From Methylotenera sp. (lineage in GTDB: Bacteria; Pseudomonadota; Gammaproteobacteria; Burkholderiales; Methylophilaceae), in the NCBI GenBank assembly GCA_005777825.1, contig SXLB01000018.1, positions 10,550 through 74,549 on the forward strand: a stretch of 64,000 nt of DNA, read 5' to 3'. Below the pieces are notes generated by a model that worked only from the letters and a program-made list of their open reading frames with translations, searched no databases and was not told the DNA's origin. Positions 40,216 to 51,183 of this stretch are shown piece after piece. Made by a program: the position numbers and the translations under genes. How positions within the stretch are numbered: the first letter of the stretch is position 1; each line of letters opens with the position of its first letter.

Positions 40216-40404
40216 GCTATCCTCCTGAAGTTTGATGAACATCAACCAAACCCCTTGTGCTATATGGTTTAATTAAACATCCACGCATTCTGTTCTACAT
40301 TATAATCAGCTTAAAGCACTATAATCTAGTTAAAACACGGCTAAACAAGCAAATAAAGCCAAATAGTCGCAATTAATTTTGCAATGGAATTAGGGAGAGG
40401 CATC

Positions 40405-42687
40405 TTGGCAAAGACGACAGGCGTCACGGTTAAAAAACCCGCAAAAGTGGCGGTTAAAAACGCAGCCAAACCCATTGCTAAAACCCAATCGTCGCTGCAA
40501 TCAACCGATAAACTTGCCCAAGATGGCTTGCGCATGATTTTAAAAGCCAAGCACCATGATCCATTTAGCTTTTTAGGCATGCACCAAATCGATGGCGGCT
40601 ACGTATACCGAGCCTTTCTTCCACAAGCCGCTAGCGTAAGCGTCAAACACGGCAAGCTTTGGCTAGCACTAAAAAAAACCCACGCCGACGGCTTGTTCGA
40701 AGTGAGTAGTGAAACGCCCTTAAGTCTGCCCTGCTTACTTAAAATCACTATCGGTGATGACGCTTACGAAACCCATGACCCCTACACCTTTGGCAGCAGC
40801 CTTACTCAAGATGAACTGTATTTGTTTGGCGAAGGCCGCTTGCTGCAAGCCTACAAAACCTTGGGCGCGCAATGGAAAGTCCAAGAAAACGTCAGCGGCG
40901 TCCGCTTTGCCGTCTGGGCACCGAATGCTGAACGTGTCAGCGTAACCGGTAGCTTTAATAATTGGGATGGCCGCGTGCATTCCATGCGCGCCCATGGTTC
41001 AAGCGGCGTTTGGGATATTTTCATTCCTGGACTTAGCAGCAACGACAGCTATAAATTTGAGCTGCGCAACCGCCACAGTGGCGCGGTTTTAGTCAAAACC
41101 GATCCCTATGGCTTCGAATTTGAAGCGCGCCCGGGCACGGCGGCTAAAATCAGCCGCAACCAACATCAATGGCAGGATGAGGCATGGTTGGCTGCACGCA
41201 AAAAAAATGATTGGTTGCACGCGCCGTTTAATTGCTACGAAGTGCATTTGGGATCCTGGCAACGCAACGAGCAAGGGCAGTTTTTAAGCTACCGTGAATT
41301 GGCCGCCACCTTAGTGCCCTACGTGGCCGAGATGGGCTACACCCACGTTGAACTGATGCCTCTGTCTGAGCACCCATTAACCGAATCTTGGGGCTACCAA
41401 ACCACCGGCTATTTTGGCGTCACCAACCGCTTTGGCTCACCCGACGACTTACGCTTTTTGATTGACGCATTCCACCAAGCCAACATCGGCGTGGTATTGG
41501 ATTGGGTACCCGGCCATTTCCCTAAAGACGATTGGGCATTGGCACGCTTTGATGGCACCGCCTTATACGAGCACGAAGACCCGCGCTTAGGCGAACACCA
41601 AGATTGGGGTACCTATATATTTAATTACGGTCGCAATGAGGTGCGTAATTTCTTAATGGCCAACGCGCATTATTGGTTAACGGAATTCCACCTGGATGGC
41701 TTCCGCGTAGATGCCGTGGCATCCATGTTGTATTTGGATTACTCGCGCAAAGCCGGCGAATGGTTACCCAACAAATTTGGTGGCCGAGAAAACCTAGACG
41801 TTATCGATTTCTTCAAGCAATTTAATGTGATGGTCGGTGAAGAGTTTCCTGGCGTCTTGACCATAGCCGAGGAATCCACCGCATGGCCTGGTGTATCGCG
41901 TCCAGTCTATTTGGGCGGACTGGGCTTTAGTATGAAGTGGAACATGGGCTGGATGAACGATACCCTCGCCTACATTGAGCACGACCCCGTGCACAGGCGC
42001 TACTACCATGACATGCTGACCTTTGGTCAACTCTACGCCTACTCGGAAAATTTTGTGCTGCCCTTCTCGCACGACGAAGTAGTGCACGGCAAGCATTCTT
42101 TATTGGATAAAATGCCCGGTGATGCTTGGCAAAAATTCGCTAACTTGCGCCTGCTGATGACTTACCAAATGACCACACCGGGTAAAAAGCTCAATTTCAT
42201 GGGCAATGAATTCGGTCAAGGACGCGAGTGGAACGTCAACAGCAGCTTGGATTGGCATTTACTGGGTGACGATTACCAGGGCCACCAATGGCACCGCGGC
42301 ATCAAACAAGTCAGTGGCGATTTAAATAAACTGTATAAACAACAGCATGCATTGCATGCCCTGGATTTTGAATCACAAGGCTTTGCTTGGATAGATTGCC
42401 ACGATAGCGACAAATCAATTGTTAGCTACCTACGGCGCGGTTTGGACAATAGTTTTGTTATAATAGCGCTTAATTTCACACCGGTATTACGCAACAGCTA
42501 CCGGATAGGCGTGCCACAAGCAGGCAGTTACCAAGAAATCTTTAACAGCGATGCGGCTTGCTATGGCGGCAGCAATCAAGGTAACGGACTAGGCTTGCAC
42601 ACGGAAAACGTGGCATGGATGCAACACAATCAATCACTGGTCATAACTTTACCCCCATTGGCAGGTATCGTTTTACAGTTAAATTAA
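40405..42687 (+). CDS. glgB: 1,4-alpha-glucan branching enzyme
   Basis: 'FAVWAPNA', 'YEVHLGSW', 'SWGYQ', 'LDWVPGHF', '[13 protein letters not shown]', 'AEEST', 'SHDEVVHGK'; TTG start after SD AGGGAGAGG. Confidence 0.97.
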   Translation: MAKTTGVTVKKPAKVAVKNAAKPIAKTQSSLQSTDKLAQDGLRMILKAKHHDPFSFLGMHQIDGGYVYRAFLPQAASVSVKHGKLWLALKKTHADGLFEVSSETPLSLPCLLKITIGDDAYETHDPYTFGSSLTQDELYLFGEGRLLQAYKTLGAQWKVQENVSGVRFAVWAPNAERVSVTGSFNNWDGRVHSMRAHGSSGVWDIFIPGLSSNDSYKFELRNRHSGAVLVKTDPYGFEFEARPGTAAKISRNQHQWQDEAWLAARKKNDWLHAPFNCYEVHLGSWQRNEQGQFLSYRELAATLVPYVAEMGYTHVELMPLSEHPLTESWGYQTTGYFGVTNRFGSPDDLRFLIDAFHQANIGVVLDWVPGHFPKDDWALARFDGTALYEHEDPRLGEHQDWGTYIFNYGRNEVRNFLMANAHYWLTEFHLDGFRVDAVASMLYLDYSRKAGEWLPNKFGGRENLDVIDFFKQFNVMVGEEFPGVLTIAEESTAWPGVSRPVYLGGLGFSMKWNMGWMNDTLAYIEHDPVHRRYYHDMLTFGQLYAYSENFVLPFSHDEVVHGKHSLLDKMPGDAWQKFANLRLLMTYQMTTPGKKLNFMGNEFGQGREWNVNSSLDWHLLGDDYQGHQWHRGIKQVSGDLNKLYKQQHALHALDFESQGFAWIDCHDSDKSIVSYLRRGLDNSFVIIALNFTPVLRNSYRIGVPQAGSYQEIFNSDAACYGGSNQGNGLGLHTENVAWMQHNQSLVITLPPLAGIVLQLN

Positions 42688-42713
42688 CTTTAAATTAAAG
42701 CACGACTAAATAA

Positions 42714-44366
42714 ATGGCTGCACTAACAACTTTACCGGTATGGCAAGCGCTATGCCGCCATCAGAAAACCATCGCGGCAAGCAATATGCGCGATTTATTT
42801 GCTCAAGATACCAATCGCTTCGATAAATTCAGCTTTCAGCTTGATGATATGTTGTTTGATTTCTCTAAACACCGTATCAACGATGAAACGCTACCTTTAC
42901 TCATGCAGTTAGCCAGAGAAGCGCAGCTAGAAAATTGGCGTGACCGTATGTTCGCCGGCGAGAAAATCAATATCACGGAAAATCGGGCTGTGTTGCACAC
43001 GGCCTTACGCAACCGTAGCAATCGCCCAGTATTGGTCGATGGCGTGGACGTCATGCCTGAGGTCAATGCAGTGTTAGCGCAAATGCGCGATTTTTCAGAA
43101 AAAGTCCGTTCAGGTGCGTGGTTAGGTTACACCGGCAAACGCATCACCGACGTGGTTAACATAGGCATAGGCGGATCAGACCTAGGCCCAGTCATGGTTT
43201 GCGATGCATTAAAACCTTACGCCAGCGCAGATTTGGCGGTGCATTTTGTTTCAAACATCGACGGCGCCCACTTGATGCGCGCCTTAGAAAAATGCCAGCC
43301 TGAAACCACCCTATTTATCGTGGCGTCTAAAACATTCACTACTCAAGAAACCATGACCAACGCCATATCAGCGCGCACCTGGTTTTTAAACAAGGCGCAG
43401 GATAATGCCCACGTGGCCAAACACTTCGTTGCCCTCTCCACTAACGCCAAGGCGGTCACCGACTTTGGTATCGATCAAGCGAATATGTTTGCTTTTTGGG
43501 ATTGGGTGGGCGGTCGTTATTCCTTGTGGTCGGCCATAGGCTTATCCATTGCCTTGTACGTAGGCATGGATCATTTCGAAGCCTTATTAAGCGGTGCACA
43601 TGAAATGGATAGACATTTTCAAACTGCGCCGTTAGAAGAGAATATGCCGGTGATCATGGCGCTGATAGGGATTTGGTACAACAACTTCTTTGACATCGCC
43701 ACCCACGCGATATTGCCTTACGATCAAGGCATGTCACGCTTCCCCGCTTACTTGCAGCAAGCCGATATGGAAAGCAACGGTAAATTCATTTGCCGCGATG
43801 GCAAGCGCATACAATACAAAACTGGCCCAGTGATTTGGGGCGAAGCCGGCACCAATGGTCAGCACGCTTTTTATCAATTGATACACCAAGGCACGCAAGT
43901 CGTGCCCTGCGATTTTTTAATGCCTGTGCACAGCCACTACGCCATAGGCAAACACGGTTACGCCCACCACAAAATTTTACTGGCAAACTTCCTTGCCCAA
44001 ACCCAAGCCTTAATGCTGGGCAAGACAACGGATGAAGCGCGTTTGGAATTGCAAGAACAAGGCTTGAATAGTGCGGAAGTAGAACACCTATTGCCGCATA
44101 AGGTGTTTGAAGGCAATCGCCCAAGCACGTCCATTTTGTTCGATAAACTTACACCCAATACGCTAGGCAAACTGATCGCCTTGTACGAGCATAAAATATT
44201 CGTCCAAGGCATGATTTGGGACATCAATAGCTACGATCAATGGGGTGTGGAATACGGCAAGCAAATTGCCCAAGAAATTCTACCCTTATTAACCAGTGAT
44301 GGCGTTGTCACAAGCTTTGACAGCTCCACCAATGGCTTAATTAATTACACCAAATCACACAAATAA
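42714..44366 (+). CDS. pgi: Glucose-6-phosphate isomerase
   Basis: '[11 protein letters not shown]', 'SKTFTTQET', '[12 protein letters not shown]', '[10 protein letters not shown]', 'DQWGVEYGK'. Confidence 0.98.
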   Translation: MAALTTLPVWQALCRHQKTIAASNMRDLFAQDTNRFDKFSFQLDDMLFDFSKHRINDETLPLLMQLAREAQLENWRDRMFAGEKINITENRAVLHTALRNRSNRPVLVDGVDVMPEVNAVLAQMRDFSEKVRSGAWLGYTGKRITDVVNIGIGGSDLGPVMVCDALKPYASADLAVHFVSNIDGAHLMRALEKCQPETTLFIVASKTFTTQETMTNAISARTWFLNKAQDNAHVAKHFVALSTNAKAVTDFGIDQANMFAFWDWVGGRYSLWSAIGLSIALYVGMDHFEALLSGAHEMDRHFQTAPLEENMPVIMALIGIWYNNFFDIATHAILPYDQGMSRFPAYLQQADMESNGKFICRDGKRIQYKTGPVIWGEAGTNGQHAFYQLIHQGTQVVPCDFLMPVHSHYAIGKHGYAHHKILLANFLAQTQALMLGKTTDEARLELQEQGLNSAEVEHLLPHKVFEGNRPSTSILFDKLTPNTLGKLIALYEHKIFVQGMIWDINSYDQWGVEYGKQIAQEILPLLTSDGVVTSFDSSTNGLINYTKSHK

Positions 44367-44367
44367 G

Positions 44368-45324
44368 TTAATGCAACTTTGGTTCGCCGCTGCTCGTCAG
44401 CTGACGCGCTATACCCTCGCCTAAGCTGGCACTAGCGCTAGCACCTATGCGCTTAGCTAAGCGGCTAGCAAAGTCATCTTGGTAAGTGAAGTCGACTATG
44501 TCTTCTTGTTTGATCACCTCACGCGCCACAAAATCGGTACTGCCTATGGCATCCGCCAAACCCATCTTAACGCTTTGCTCACCGCTCCAAAATAAGCCAC
44601 TAAAGGTTTCCGGTGTTTCTTTCAAACGCTGACCACGGCCTTCACGCACCACGGTTTTAAATTGCTCGTGGATTTCATTAAGCATGGTTTGCGCGTAGGC
44701 TTGGTGTTTAGGATTGACGGGCGAGAACGGGTCTAACATGGCCTTGTTTTCGCCGGCCGTCATCAAGCGGCGCTCCACCCCTACTTTTTTCATTAGCTCG
44801 GTAAAGCCATAACCGTCCATCAACACCCCTATGGAGCCAACTATGCTGGCTTTATCCACGTATATCCTATCCGCCGCCGCGGCAATGTAATAACCACCCG
44901 AAGCGCAAATGTCCTCCACCACCGCATACACCGGTATGGTCGGGTGCAAGCGTTTTTGCCGCTCAATTTCATCATTAATAATCCCGGCTTGCACCGGACT
45001 GCCGCCTGGGCTATTGATGCGCAAGATAATGCCCTTGGTGTGTTTGTCTTCGTAGGCATCGTGCAAGCTACCAATAAAACTGTCGGCATTGACTTCGCCA
45101 TCGGCTTCAATGACACCGGCCACTTCAATCAGAGCCGTGTGATCACTAAGCGTTTTCTTGCTCTCACCTAGCCAGCCCATGGCTAAAAACAACAAGAAAA
45201 ACAAATACGCGTACATCAATATTTTAAAAAACACCCCCCAACGCCTAGCCGATTTTTGCTCGTTTAAGGCGGCGCTAGCCAATTTTTCTATGGCATCACG
45301 TTGCCAATTATTCTCTTCTGACAT
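44368..45324 (-). CDS. S49 family signal peptide peptidase (SppA-like)
   Basis: 'RINSPGGSP', 'CASGGYYIA', 'VGSIGV'. Confidence 0.92.
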   Translation of the reverse strand: MSEENNWQRDAIEKLASAALNEQKSARRWGVFFKILMYAYLFFLLFLAMGWLGESKKTLSDHTALIEVAGVIEADGEVNADSFIGSLHDAYEDKHTKGIILRINSPGGSPVQAGIINDEIERQKRLHPTIPVYAVVEDICASGGYYIAAAADRIYVDKASIVGSIGVLMDGYGFTELMKKVGVERRLMTAGENKAMLDPFSPVNPKHQAYAQTMLNEIHEQFKTVVREGRGQRLKETPETFSGLFWSGEQSVKMGLADAIGSTDFVAREVIKQEDIVDFTYQDDFASRLAKRIGASASASLGEGIARQLTSSGEPKLH

Positions 45325-45347
45325 GGTATTTTTCTCTAAAATTAGGG

Positions 45348-45707
45348 TTAAGAAATGGCACTAATATCTATGCTAATGATTTGATTTTGTTCAGTAAGCG
45401 GTATGGCGCGCAAACGCTTCCCCTTGCATGGCCCCATCACGCAATAACCGTTATCGGGTCGATAATGGGCACCGTGTGTGGCGCAAATTAAATGCTCTTT
45501 TTCAGCAGTAAAAAACTCGCCTTCGTTCCAATCAAGTTCCACGGCCACATGCGCACATTGATTGACATAGGCATAAGCTAGTCCGTGATAACGAACAACA
45601 AAGCCGCTGGCAAATTCACCCAGCGCAGGCAGTGCAAAACGCAAGCCTTTACCCTGCTCTTGCACATCTTCACTTTTAAACACTACGCACGGGCTAGGAT
45701 CACTCAT
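45348..45707 (-). CDS. Rieske 2Fe-2S domain protein
   Basis: 'NQCAH' and 'CATHGA.Y....G.C..GPC' Rieske ligands. Confidence 0.9.
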   Translation of the reverse strand: MSDPSPCVVFKSEDVQEQGKGLRFALPALGEFASGFVVRYHGLAYAYVNQCAHVAVELDWNEGEFFTAEKEHLICATHGAHYRPDNGYCVMGPCKGKRLRAIPLTEQNQIISIDISAIS

Positions 45708-46362
45708 CTTCTCCCTCCAACAACCATGCACTTAAACTAGCAAAATCAGCGAATTGGCGAAGCGGCTCAAGGTGTTGCCATTGTTCGGCTTTTTGCGCAC
45801 CGTAAGTAACGCCCACCGCACTCACGCCCGCATTTTTAGCCATTTGCAAATCGTAACTGGTGTCACCTATCATCAGTGTGCGCTCAGGCAACACCACTAA
45901 AGCTTCCATCAATTCGTGCAGCATTTGTGGATGGGGTTTAGAAAAACACTCGTCCACAGTGCGAGTGGCGTGAAAATAATGCGTCAAGGCACAGTGCTGC
46001 AAAGCCAGATTCAATCCTCGCCTACCCTTGCCAGTGGCGACGGCTAATTTAAAGCCGCGTTTATTAAGCGTCTTAATGGTATCCACCGCGCCAGCGAACA
46101 ATGGGATGCGGCTTTCTCCGGCGTAATAATTATTGCTGTATTGCGTGGCCAAGGCCTGCGCCTGTGCGGCCGGTATGTCGCCGTATAAGGCATGAATGGC
46201 TTCACGCAAACCCAAACCTATAATGCTACTGGCCTCGCTGCTGGTCAATGTCGGTAACCCTACCTGCGCCGCTGCATTAAGCAAGGCCTCAGCAATCATG
46301 CCAGTGGAGTCAGCTAAAGTGCCATCCCAATCCCAAACGATTAAATCAAATTGCTTTTGCAT
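45700..46362 (-). CDS. HAD-IA family hydrolase (phosphoglycolate phosphatase-like)
   Basis: 'WDWDGTL.DS', 'VATGKGR', 'SKPHP', 'MIGDT.YD'; usual neighbour of rluC. Confidence 0.9.
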   Translation of the reverse strand: MQKQFDLIVWDWDGTLADSTGMIAEALLNAAAQVGLPTLTSSEASSIIGLGLREAIHALYGDIPAAQAQALATQYSNNYYAGESRIPLFAGAVDTIKTLNKRGFKLAVATGKGRRGLNLALQHCALTHYFHATRTVDECFSKPHPQMLHELMEALVVLPERTLMIGDTSYDLQMAKNAGVSAVGVTYGAQKAEQWQHLEPLRQFADFASLSAWLLEGEDE

Positions 46363-46420
46363 GCCTTACGGTACTTTCTTAATTCTTGGTTTCTAATTTA
46401 ATGGTTTCTAAACTATTGTT

Positions 46421-47449
46421 TTATTCACTAATGGCTTCTAATTTTTGTAAAAATTGATCTAATTCGACCGGCAAAGGCGCAATCAATTCCAGCTTAGCTT
46501 GCGTCAGTGGGTGATTGATTTTAGTGATCGCGGAATGCAAAAACATGCGCTTCAAGCCATGTTTTTGCAGGGCTTTATTGGCAGCAAAATCGCCGTATTT
46601 ATCGTCCCCAACAATCACAAAGCCCAAATGGGCCAACTGCACGCGCAACTGATGCGTGCGTCCAGTCACCAATTGCGCTTCCAATAAGCTAAACGGCCCC
46701 AATTGCGGATGGTTAAAGTTTTTAACTAATTTAAATAGCGTTTCCGAGCTTAGGCGCTCATTGTATTTATCCTTGCTCGCGTCCGTCACTACATTGACGC
46801 GTCGCTCCCCATTGGGCAATAGATAGCGCTGCAAGTCCAACACCACACGCTTTTTCTTTTCCAACCAGGTGCCTTGCACCAACATTAGGTAGCGCTTATC
46901 CGTTTGGTTGTGGCGTATGGCTTCGTGCAAGGCAACCAGCGCACTGCGTTTTTTTGCCAACATCAGCACGCCCGACGTTTCCCTATCCAGGCGGTGGACT
47001 AATTCCAAAAATTTGGCCTTAGGGCGCTCCAATCGCATTTGCTCAATGACCCCACGGCTGATGCCGCTTCCACCATGCACTGCAAAGCCCGCCGGTTTAT
47101 CAATGACCAAGAGCGCATCGTCTTCAAACAAAATGGCATCAGCAAACTTCGACACACTGGGTGGCTTTATCTCAGGCGTATCAATCTGCTTGGCGCGCGT
47201 GGGCGGTATGCGCACCACGTCGCCTAAACTTAAGCGAAAATCCGCAGCTATACGTTTTTTATTTACTCGCACTTCACCACTGCGCAAGATACGATAAACA
47301 TGGCTCTTAGGCACCCCTTTTAAGGTTTTAGCCAAAAAGTTATCCACTCGCTGCCCCTCGCTTGCCTCGTCAACCGTTAGAAAAGCCGCTGCCAATGCAC
47401 TAACATGCTCCGAACTGGATGGCTGATTTTGTGGACTGATAGTGTTCAT
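46421..47449 (-). CDS. rluC: 23S rRNA pseudouridine synthase RluC
   Basis: S4 domain 'GQRVDNFL...GVPKS.VYRILRSGEVRVN', 'VHRLDRETSG', 'TGRTHQLRV'; divergent from rne. Confidence 0.93.
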   Translation of the reverse strand: MNTISPQNQPSSSEHVSALAAAFLTVDEASEGQRVDNFLAKTLKGVPKSHVYRILRSGEVRVNKKRIAADFRLSLGDVVRIPPTRAKQIDTPEIKPPSVSKFADAILFEDDALLVIDKPAGFAVHGGSGISRGVIEQMRLERPKAKFLELVHRLDRETSGVLMLAKKRSALVALHEAIRHNQTDKRYLMLVQGTWLEKKKRVVLDLQRYLLPNGERRVNVVTDASKDKYNERLSSETLFKLVKNFNHPQLGPFSLLEAQLVTGRTHQLRVQLAHLGFVIVGDDKYGDFAANKALQKHGLKRMFLHSAITKINHPLTQAKLELIAPLPVELDQFLQKLEAISE

Positions 47450-47452
47450 TCT

Positions 47453-47481
47453 TTGCTTAAATGTTAGTAGTAGCCTATACT
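47453..47481 (+). promoter_or_regulatory. Putative sigma70 promoter of rne
   Basis: TTGCTT (47453-58), 17 nt, TATACT (47476-81). Confidence 0.55.
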
Positions 47482-47487
47482 TACGCC

Positions 47488-48077
47488 ATTATCAATTAAT
47501 TAAAGATTAATTGATGTAGAAAATACACTTAAATGGCAATAAGTTAGCCTGCACCGCACGCTGACCTGGCTTTTTAAAGTGGAAACAGATACTTGGTTAA
47601 CGCCGCTCGCCATATTATAAAGTAGCAGCAAGTAAAAATTAGCGCTCAAGCCGCCGCAGACAAATAAACATAAAGCGCGACTTAACGTGGTAGTCCGATT
47701 TGGCGTATCGCTAAATAGGCATTTACTGAAGATAGAATTTTAACGAATTTACGCCACTACGGCATAAATTTTAATGATTAGTTTAATTTAACGACAGTCA
47801 GAAACTTTGTAAGTTACTGCCTACCATTGAAACACATGAAATAGAAACCGGTTTAATACAGCCCTTGCACTTGTCAATGCGGCTATAACTTGTTGATTAC
47901 TCATATTTTTAGATCAGAGCGACTTTTTCGCGGCTAGTCTTTATAATTCAAAATCGTTAGATTTCACCAACGCGCACATGTAACGCGCCTTCAGTAGTTT
48001 GGCCAATCCCAATGGCACCATCACCTTAATCTGCCTTCAACACTCAGTCTGCGCCTTGAGCCCTACAGGAGCAAACA
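47488..48077 (+). promoter_or_regulatory. Long structured rne 5' leader (putative autoregulatory UTR)
   Basis: 628-bp ORF-free gap; perfect 10-bp inverted repeat ATCAATTAAT-taaag-ATTAATTGAT (47491-47515) and further hairpins at about 47698-47717 and 47746-47770. Confidence 0.5.
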
Positions 48078-50606
48078 ATGAAACGCATGTTATTTAATGC
48101 AACGCAATCTGAAGAATTACGCGTTGCCATCGTAGACGGTCAAAAACTGATCGATTTAGACATAGAACACGCTGGCAAAGAGCAGCGCAAAAGCAATATT
48201 TACAAGGGTGTCATCACCCGCATAGAACCATCACTGGAAGCGGCATTTGTCGACTACGGCATGGACAGGCACGGCTTTTTACCTTTCAAAGAAGTCGCAC
48301 GCAGCTACTTCAAAGAAGGCGCAGACAGCAAAGCACGCATACAAGACGCCTTAAAAGAAGGCCAAGAAATCATCGTGCAGGTGGACAAAGACGAGCGTGG
48401 CAACAAAGGCGCAGCCCTTACTACGTTCATCTCACTGGCCGGTCGTTATTTAGTGCTTATGCCTAATAACCCACGTGGCGGTGGCGTATCACGCCGCATT
48501 GAAGGCGAAGACAGAGACGAGTTACGCGATGTATTAGCACAATTGGAAGTGCCAAAAGGCATGAGCATCATTGCGCGCACCGCGGGTATTGGTCGCAATG
48601 CCGAAGAGCTGCAATGGGATTTAAATTACTTGACGCAGTTATGGGCAGCCATTGATGGCGCCTCTACCATGCAAAGTGGCGCTTACCTAATCTACCAAGA
48701 AGGCAGCTTAGTGATACGCGCCATACGCGATTACTTTAGCGCCGACATCGGTGAAATACTAATCGACACACCGGACATACACGAACAAGCCTTGCAATTC
48801 ATGAGCCACGTCATGCCTGGTAATGTCGGCCGCGTGAAATTGTACCAAGATGAAATCCCTCTATTCACGCGCTTCCAAATTGAACACCAAATTGAATCGG
48901 CTTTCTCACGCGAAGTGCGCTTGCCCTCAGGCGGCGCGATTGTTATCGACCACACCGAGGCTTTGGTTTCAGTAGACGTCAACTCTGGCCGCGCCACGCG
49001 CGGTAGCGATATCGAACACACCGCCTTCAACACCAATATGGAAGCCGCCGAAGAAGTGGCACGCCAATTACGCTTGCGCGACCTTGGCGGCTTGGTGGTG
49101 ATAGACTTTATTGACATGGAAAGCCAACGCAATCAACGTGAAGTTGAAAATGCACTTCGTGAAGCCTTGCATCACGATCGTGCGCGCGTGCAAACCGGTA
49201 AAATTTCCCGCTTTGGTTTGCTTGAATTGTCACGCCAACGCTTGCGCCCAAGCTTAGGTGAAACCAATCACATCCCTTGCCCACGATGCAATGGTACCGG
49301 TCACATCCGCGGCATTGAATCCACCGCCTTGCACATATTGCGCATCACGCAAGAAGATGCCATGAAAGACAACAGCGCAATCATACAAGTGCAGTTGCCA
49401 GTTGAAGTGGCAACTTTCCTATTAAACGAAAAACGTGCTGACATACATGCCATAGAACAACGCATGGGCGTTGAAGTGGTGTTAATACCTAATATTCACC
49501 TGGAAACACCCAATTACAACATCGTGCGTGTTAAACACGATGACGTGACCGAAGAAACCAGTCGCGCCAGCTACAAATTAGTGGAGTTGCCAACTGAAAC
49601 GTCTTACATCCCTACAGCAGAACAAACTGCCAAGGAAGTCAGACCAGTGGCCGCAGTGCGAGGCATCACCCCAGCAGCACCGGCACCAATTGTGGCGGAA
49701 AAATCTGCAGCGGCACCGATCTTATCCTTGCTAGGCCGCATCAAAAACTTATTCAGTAGCGCATCGGCCAGCAGCAAACAAAAAACCGAAGCGGAGAAAA
49801 ACGAAGAATTCAACCGCGATCGCAACCGCAACAACCGCAATCGCAACCGCAATCGAAATGACCGCAACAAAAACGCGCCACAAGATAGGCAAAATCGACC
49901 GAATGACGGCAAGCCACAAGAAGCCAGAACGCAGGAACAACGTCCAGCTAAGCCGCAACAGCCACGTCAACCTCAACATCAACAGGCTAATGGCAATGCG
50001 GAAAACAACCCTAGCGAGACCACGCCCAATAGCGAAAGAACCGGTGGTCGTCGTAACCGCAATAACCGTCGCGGCCGTCGCGATCGTGGTGAGGGCGCGC
50101 AAACCGATGTTAACCGTCCTTTTGTCGCCAACGACTCCGTAGAAGCCGTGGCCACAACTGAGATGCCGGTAGCCAACACGGTAGAAAACGTGGTGGTGAA
50201 TACACCGGCTGCGGCATCTGCAACGGTAAGCGAGACAACAAAACCGGCCAAAAAAGCCAGACCAGAAAAAGCCGCCAAAATCGACGCCGAACTAGTCCTT
50301 GTTGACAGGGCAGCAACCGCAACAACAGCAACGAGCGAGCCACTTGTCAGTGACAAAGCCGTTGCGGCCAACACTAAAGCCGACAACAAACGCCCTGCTC
50401 GTGCTCGCAAAGCCGCTGCTAAGCCAGTTGATTTAGCTGCGGCTGGCTTGCAATTGGTGGAAACCAAAGCGGATGCACCCAAAGCCAATCCGGTGGTGAA
50501 TGAGCCTAAAGCGCGTGCGCCTAGGAAGCCAGCCGCATGGCAAAAAGAGACAAAAACAGAAAGCATCAATGAGCCTATGGTGATGGTGGAAACGCAGAAC
50601 AAATAA
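48078..50606 (+). CDS. rne: Ribonuclease E
   Basis: '[21 protein letters not shown]', S1 domain, 'DVNSGRAT', 'DFIDM', 'CPRC.GTG'; Arg/Asn-rich disordered C-terminal region. Confidence 0.98.
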   Translation: MKRMLFNATQSEELRVAIVDGQKLIDLDIEHAGKEQRKSNIYKGVITRIEPSLEAAFVDYGMDRHGFLPFKEVARSYFKEGADSKARIQDALKEGQEIIVQVDKDERGNKGAALTTFISLAGRYLVLMPNNPRGGGVSRRIEGEDRDELRDVLAQLEVPKGMSIIARTAGIGRNAEELQWDLNYLTQLWAAIDGASTMQSGAYLIYQEGSLVIRAIRDYFSADIGEILIDTPDIHEQALQFMSHVMPGNVGRVKLYQDEIPLFTRFQIEHQIESAFSREVRLPSGGAIVIDHTEALVSVDVNSGRATRGSDIEHTAFNTNMEAAEEVARQLRLRDLGGLVVIDFIDMESQRNQREVENALREALHHDRARVQTGKISRFGLLELSRQRLRPSLGETNHIPCPRCNGTGHIRGIESTALHILRITQEDAMKDNSAIIQVQLPVEVATFLLNEKRADIHAIEQRMGVEVVLIPNIHLETPNYNIVRVKHDDVTEETSRASYKLVELPTETSYIPTAEQTAKEVRPVAAVRGITPAAPAPIVAEKSAAAPILSLLGRIKNLFSSASASSKQKTEAEKNEEFNRDRNRNNRNRNRNRNDRNKNAPQDRQNRPNDGKPQEARTQEQRPAKPQQPRQPQHQQANGNAENNPSETTPNSERTGGRRNRNNRRGRRDRGEGAQTDVNRPFVANDSVEAVATTEMPVANTVENVVVNTPAAASATVSETTKPAKKARPEKAAKIDAELVLVDRAATATTATSEPLVSDKAVAANTKADNKRPARARKAAAKPVDLAAAGLQLVETKADAPKANPVVNEPKARAPRKPAAWQKETKTESINEPMVMVETQNK

Positions 50607-50648
50607 GCGCTCTGCATTAGCTCAGCCAGTATCCGCTGAAGCAAAATG

Positions 50649-50679
50649 AAAAAAGGCCATGATGAATCATGGCCTTTTT
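50649..50679. terminator. Bidirectional intrinsic terminator between rne and crcB
   Basis: AAAAAA-GGCCATGA-tgaa-TCATGGCC-TTTTT. Confidence 0.9.
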
Positions 50680-50716
50680 CTTGTCTGCGCGAAATCGATT
50701 GCGCATAAGAAAATAA

Positions 50717-51100
50717 TTAGCTTCTAAGCATGTGTACCGTCAATAAACCCAGGCCTGTCATCGCTAAAGAGCCAAGCACATGCAAGGCTATATGGGTGCC
50801 TGCCCATGCATACTGACCTTTAGTAAGCAAGGTCATGGCTTCACCAGAAAAACTAGAAAAAGTCGTTAAGCCGCCCAATAAGCCGGTAATTAGAAAAAGA
50901 CGGGTCTCGGCACTGATGGATGGGTTAAAGGTAAAGCATGCCATGAATAACCCCATAAAATAGCTGCCTATTAAATTAGCCAGCAAGGTGCCTATCGGCA
51001 AGGCCAATAAACTACTATTAAACATCAAGGCTAATAACCACCTAAACCAAGCACCGATTGCAGCACCAAGGCCGACCAGCACAAAACCCTGCAAACTCAT
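50717..51100 (-). CDS. crcB: Fluoride efflux channel CrcB/FluC
   Basis: 'GAAIGAWFRW', 'PIGTLLANLIGS', 'TGLLGGLTTFSSFS.E'. Confidence 0.93.
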   Translation of the reverse strand: MSLQGFVLVGLGAAIGAWFRWLLALMFNSSLLALPIGTLLANLIGSYFMGLFMACFTFNPSISAETRLFLITGLLGGLTTFSSFSGEAMTLLTKGQYAWAGTHIALHVLGSLAMTGLGLLTVHMLRS

Positions 51101-51183
51101 GCCCACCCTCCAAAATCATTATTAGCCAGCCGAACTTTATACAATATAATAATGCATCCCTACCACATTCAAGAAAGCTTATT

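Noticed and set aside
49810-49870. AACCGC-type tandem repeats
   Set aside because: They encode the ordinary Arg/Asn-rich RNA-binding segment of RNase E
49979-50644. 221-aa minus-strand ORF (and smaller ones at 49604-50343)
   Set aside because: Antisense shadows of the low-complexity RNase E C-terminal region; no SD or domain motifs
51101-51183. Fluoride riboswitch upstream of crcB
   Set aside because: I could not find the conserved GGCGAUGGUGUUCGCC...GAUGAC-type motif; the gap is short and shared with the glgA promoter
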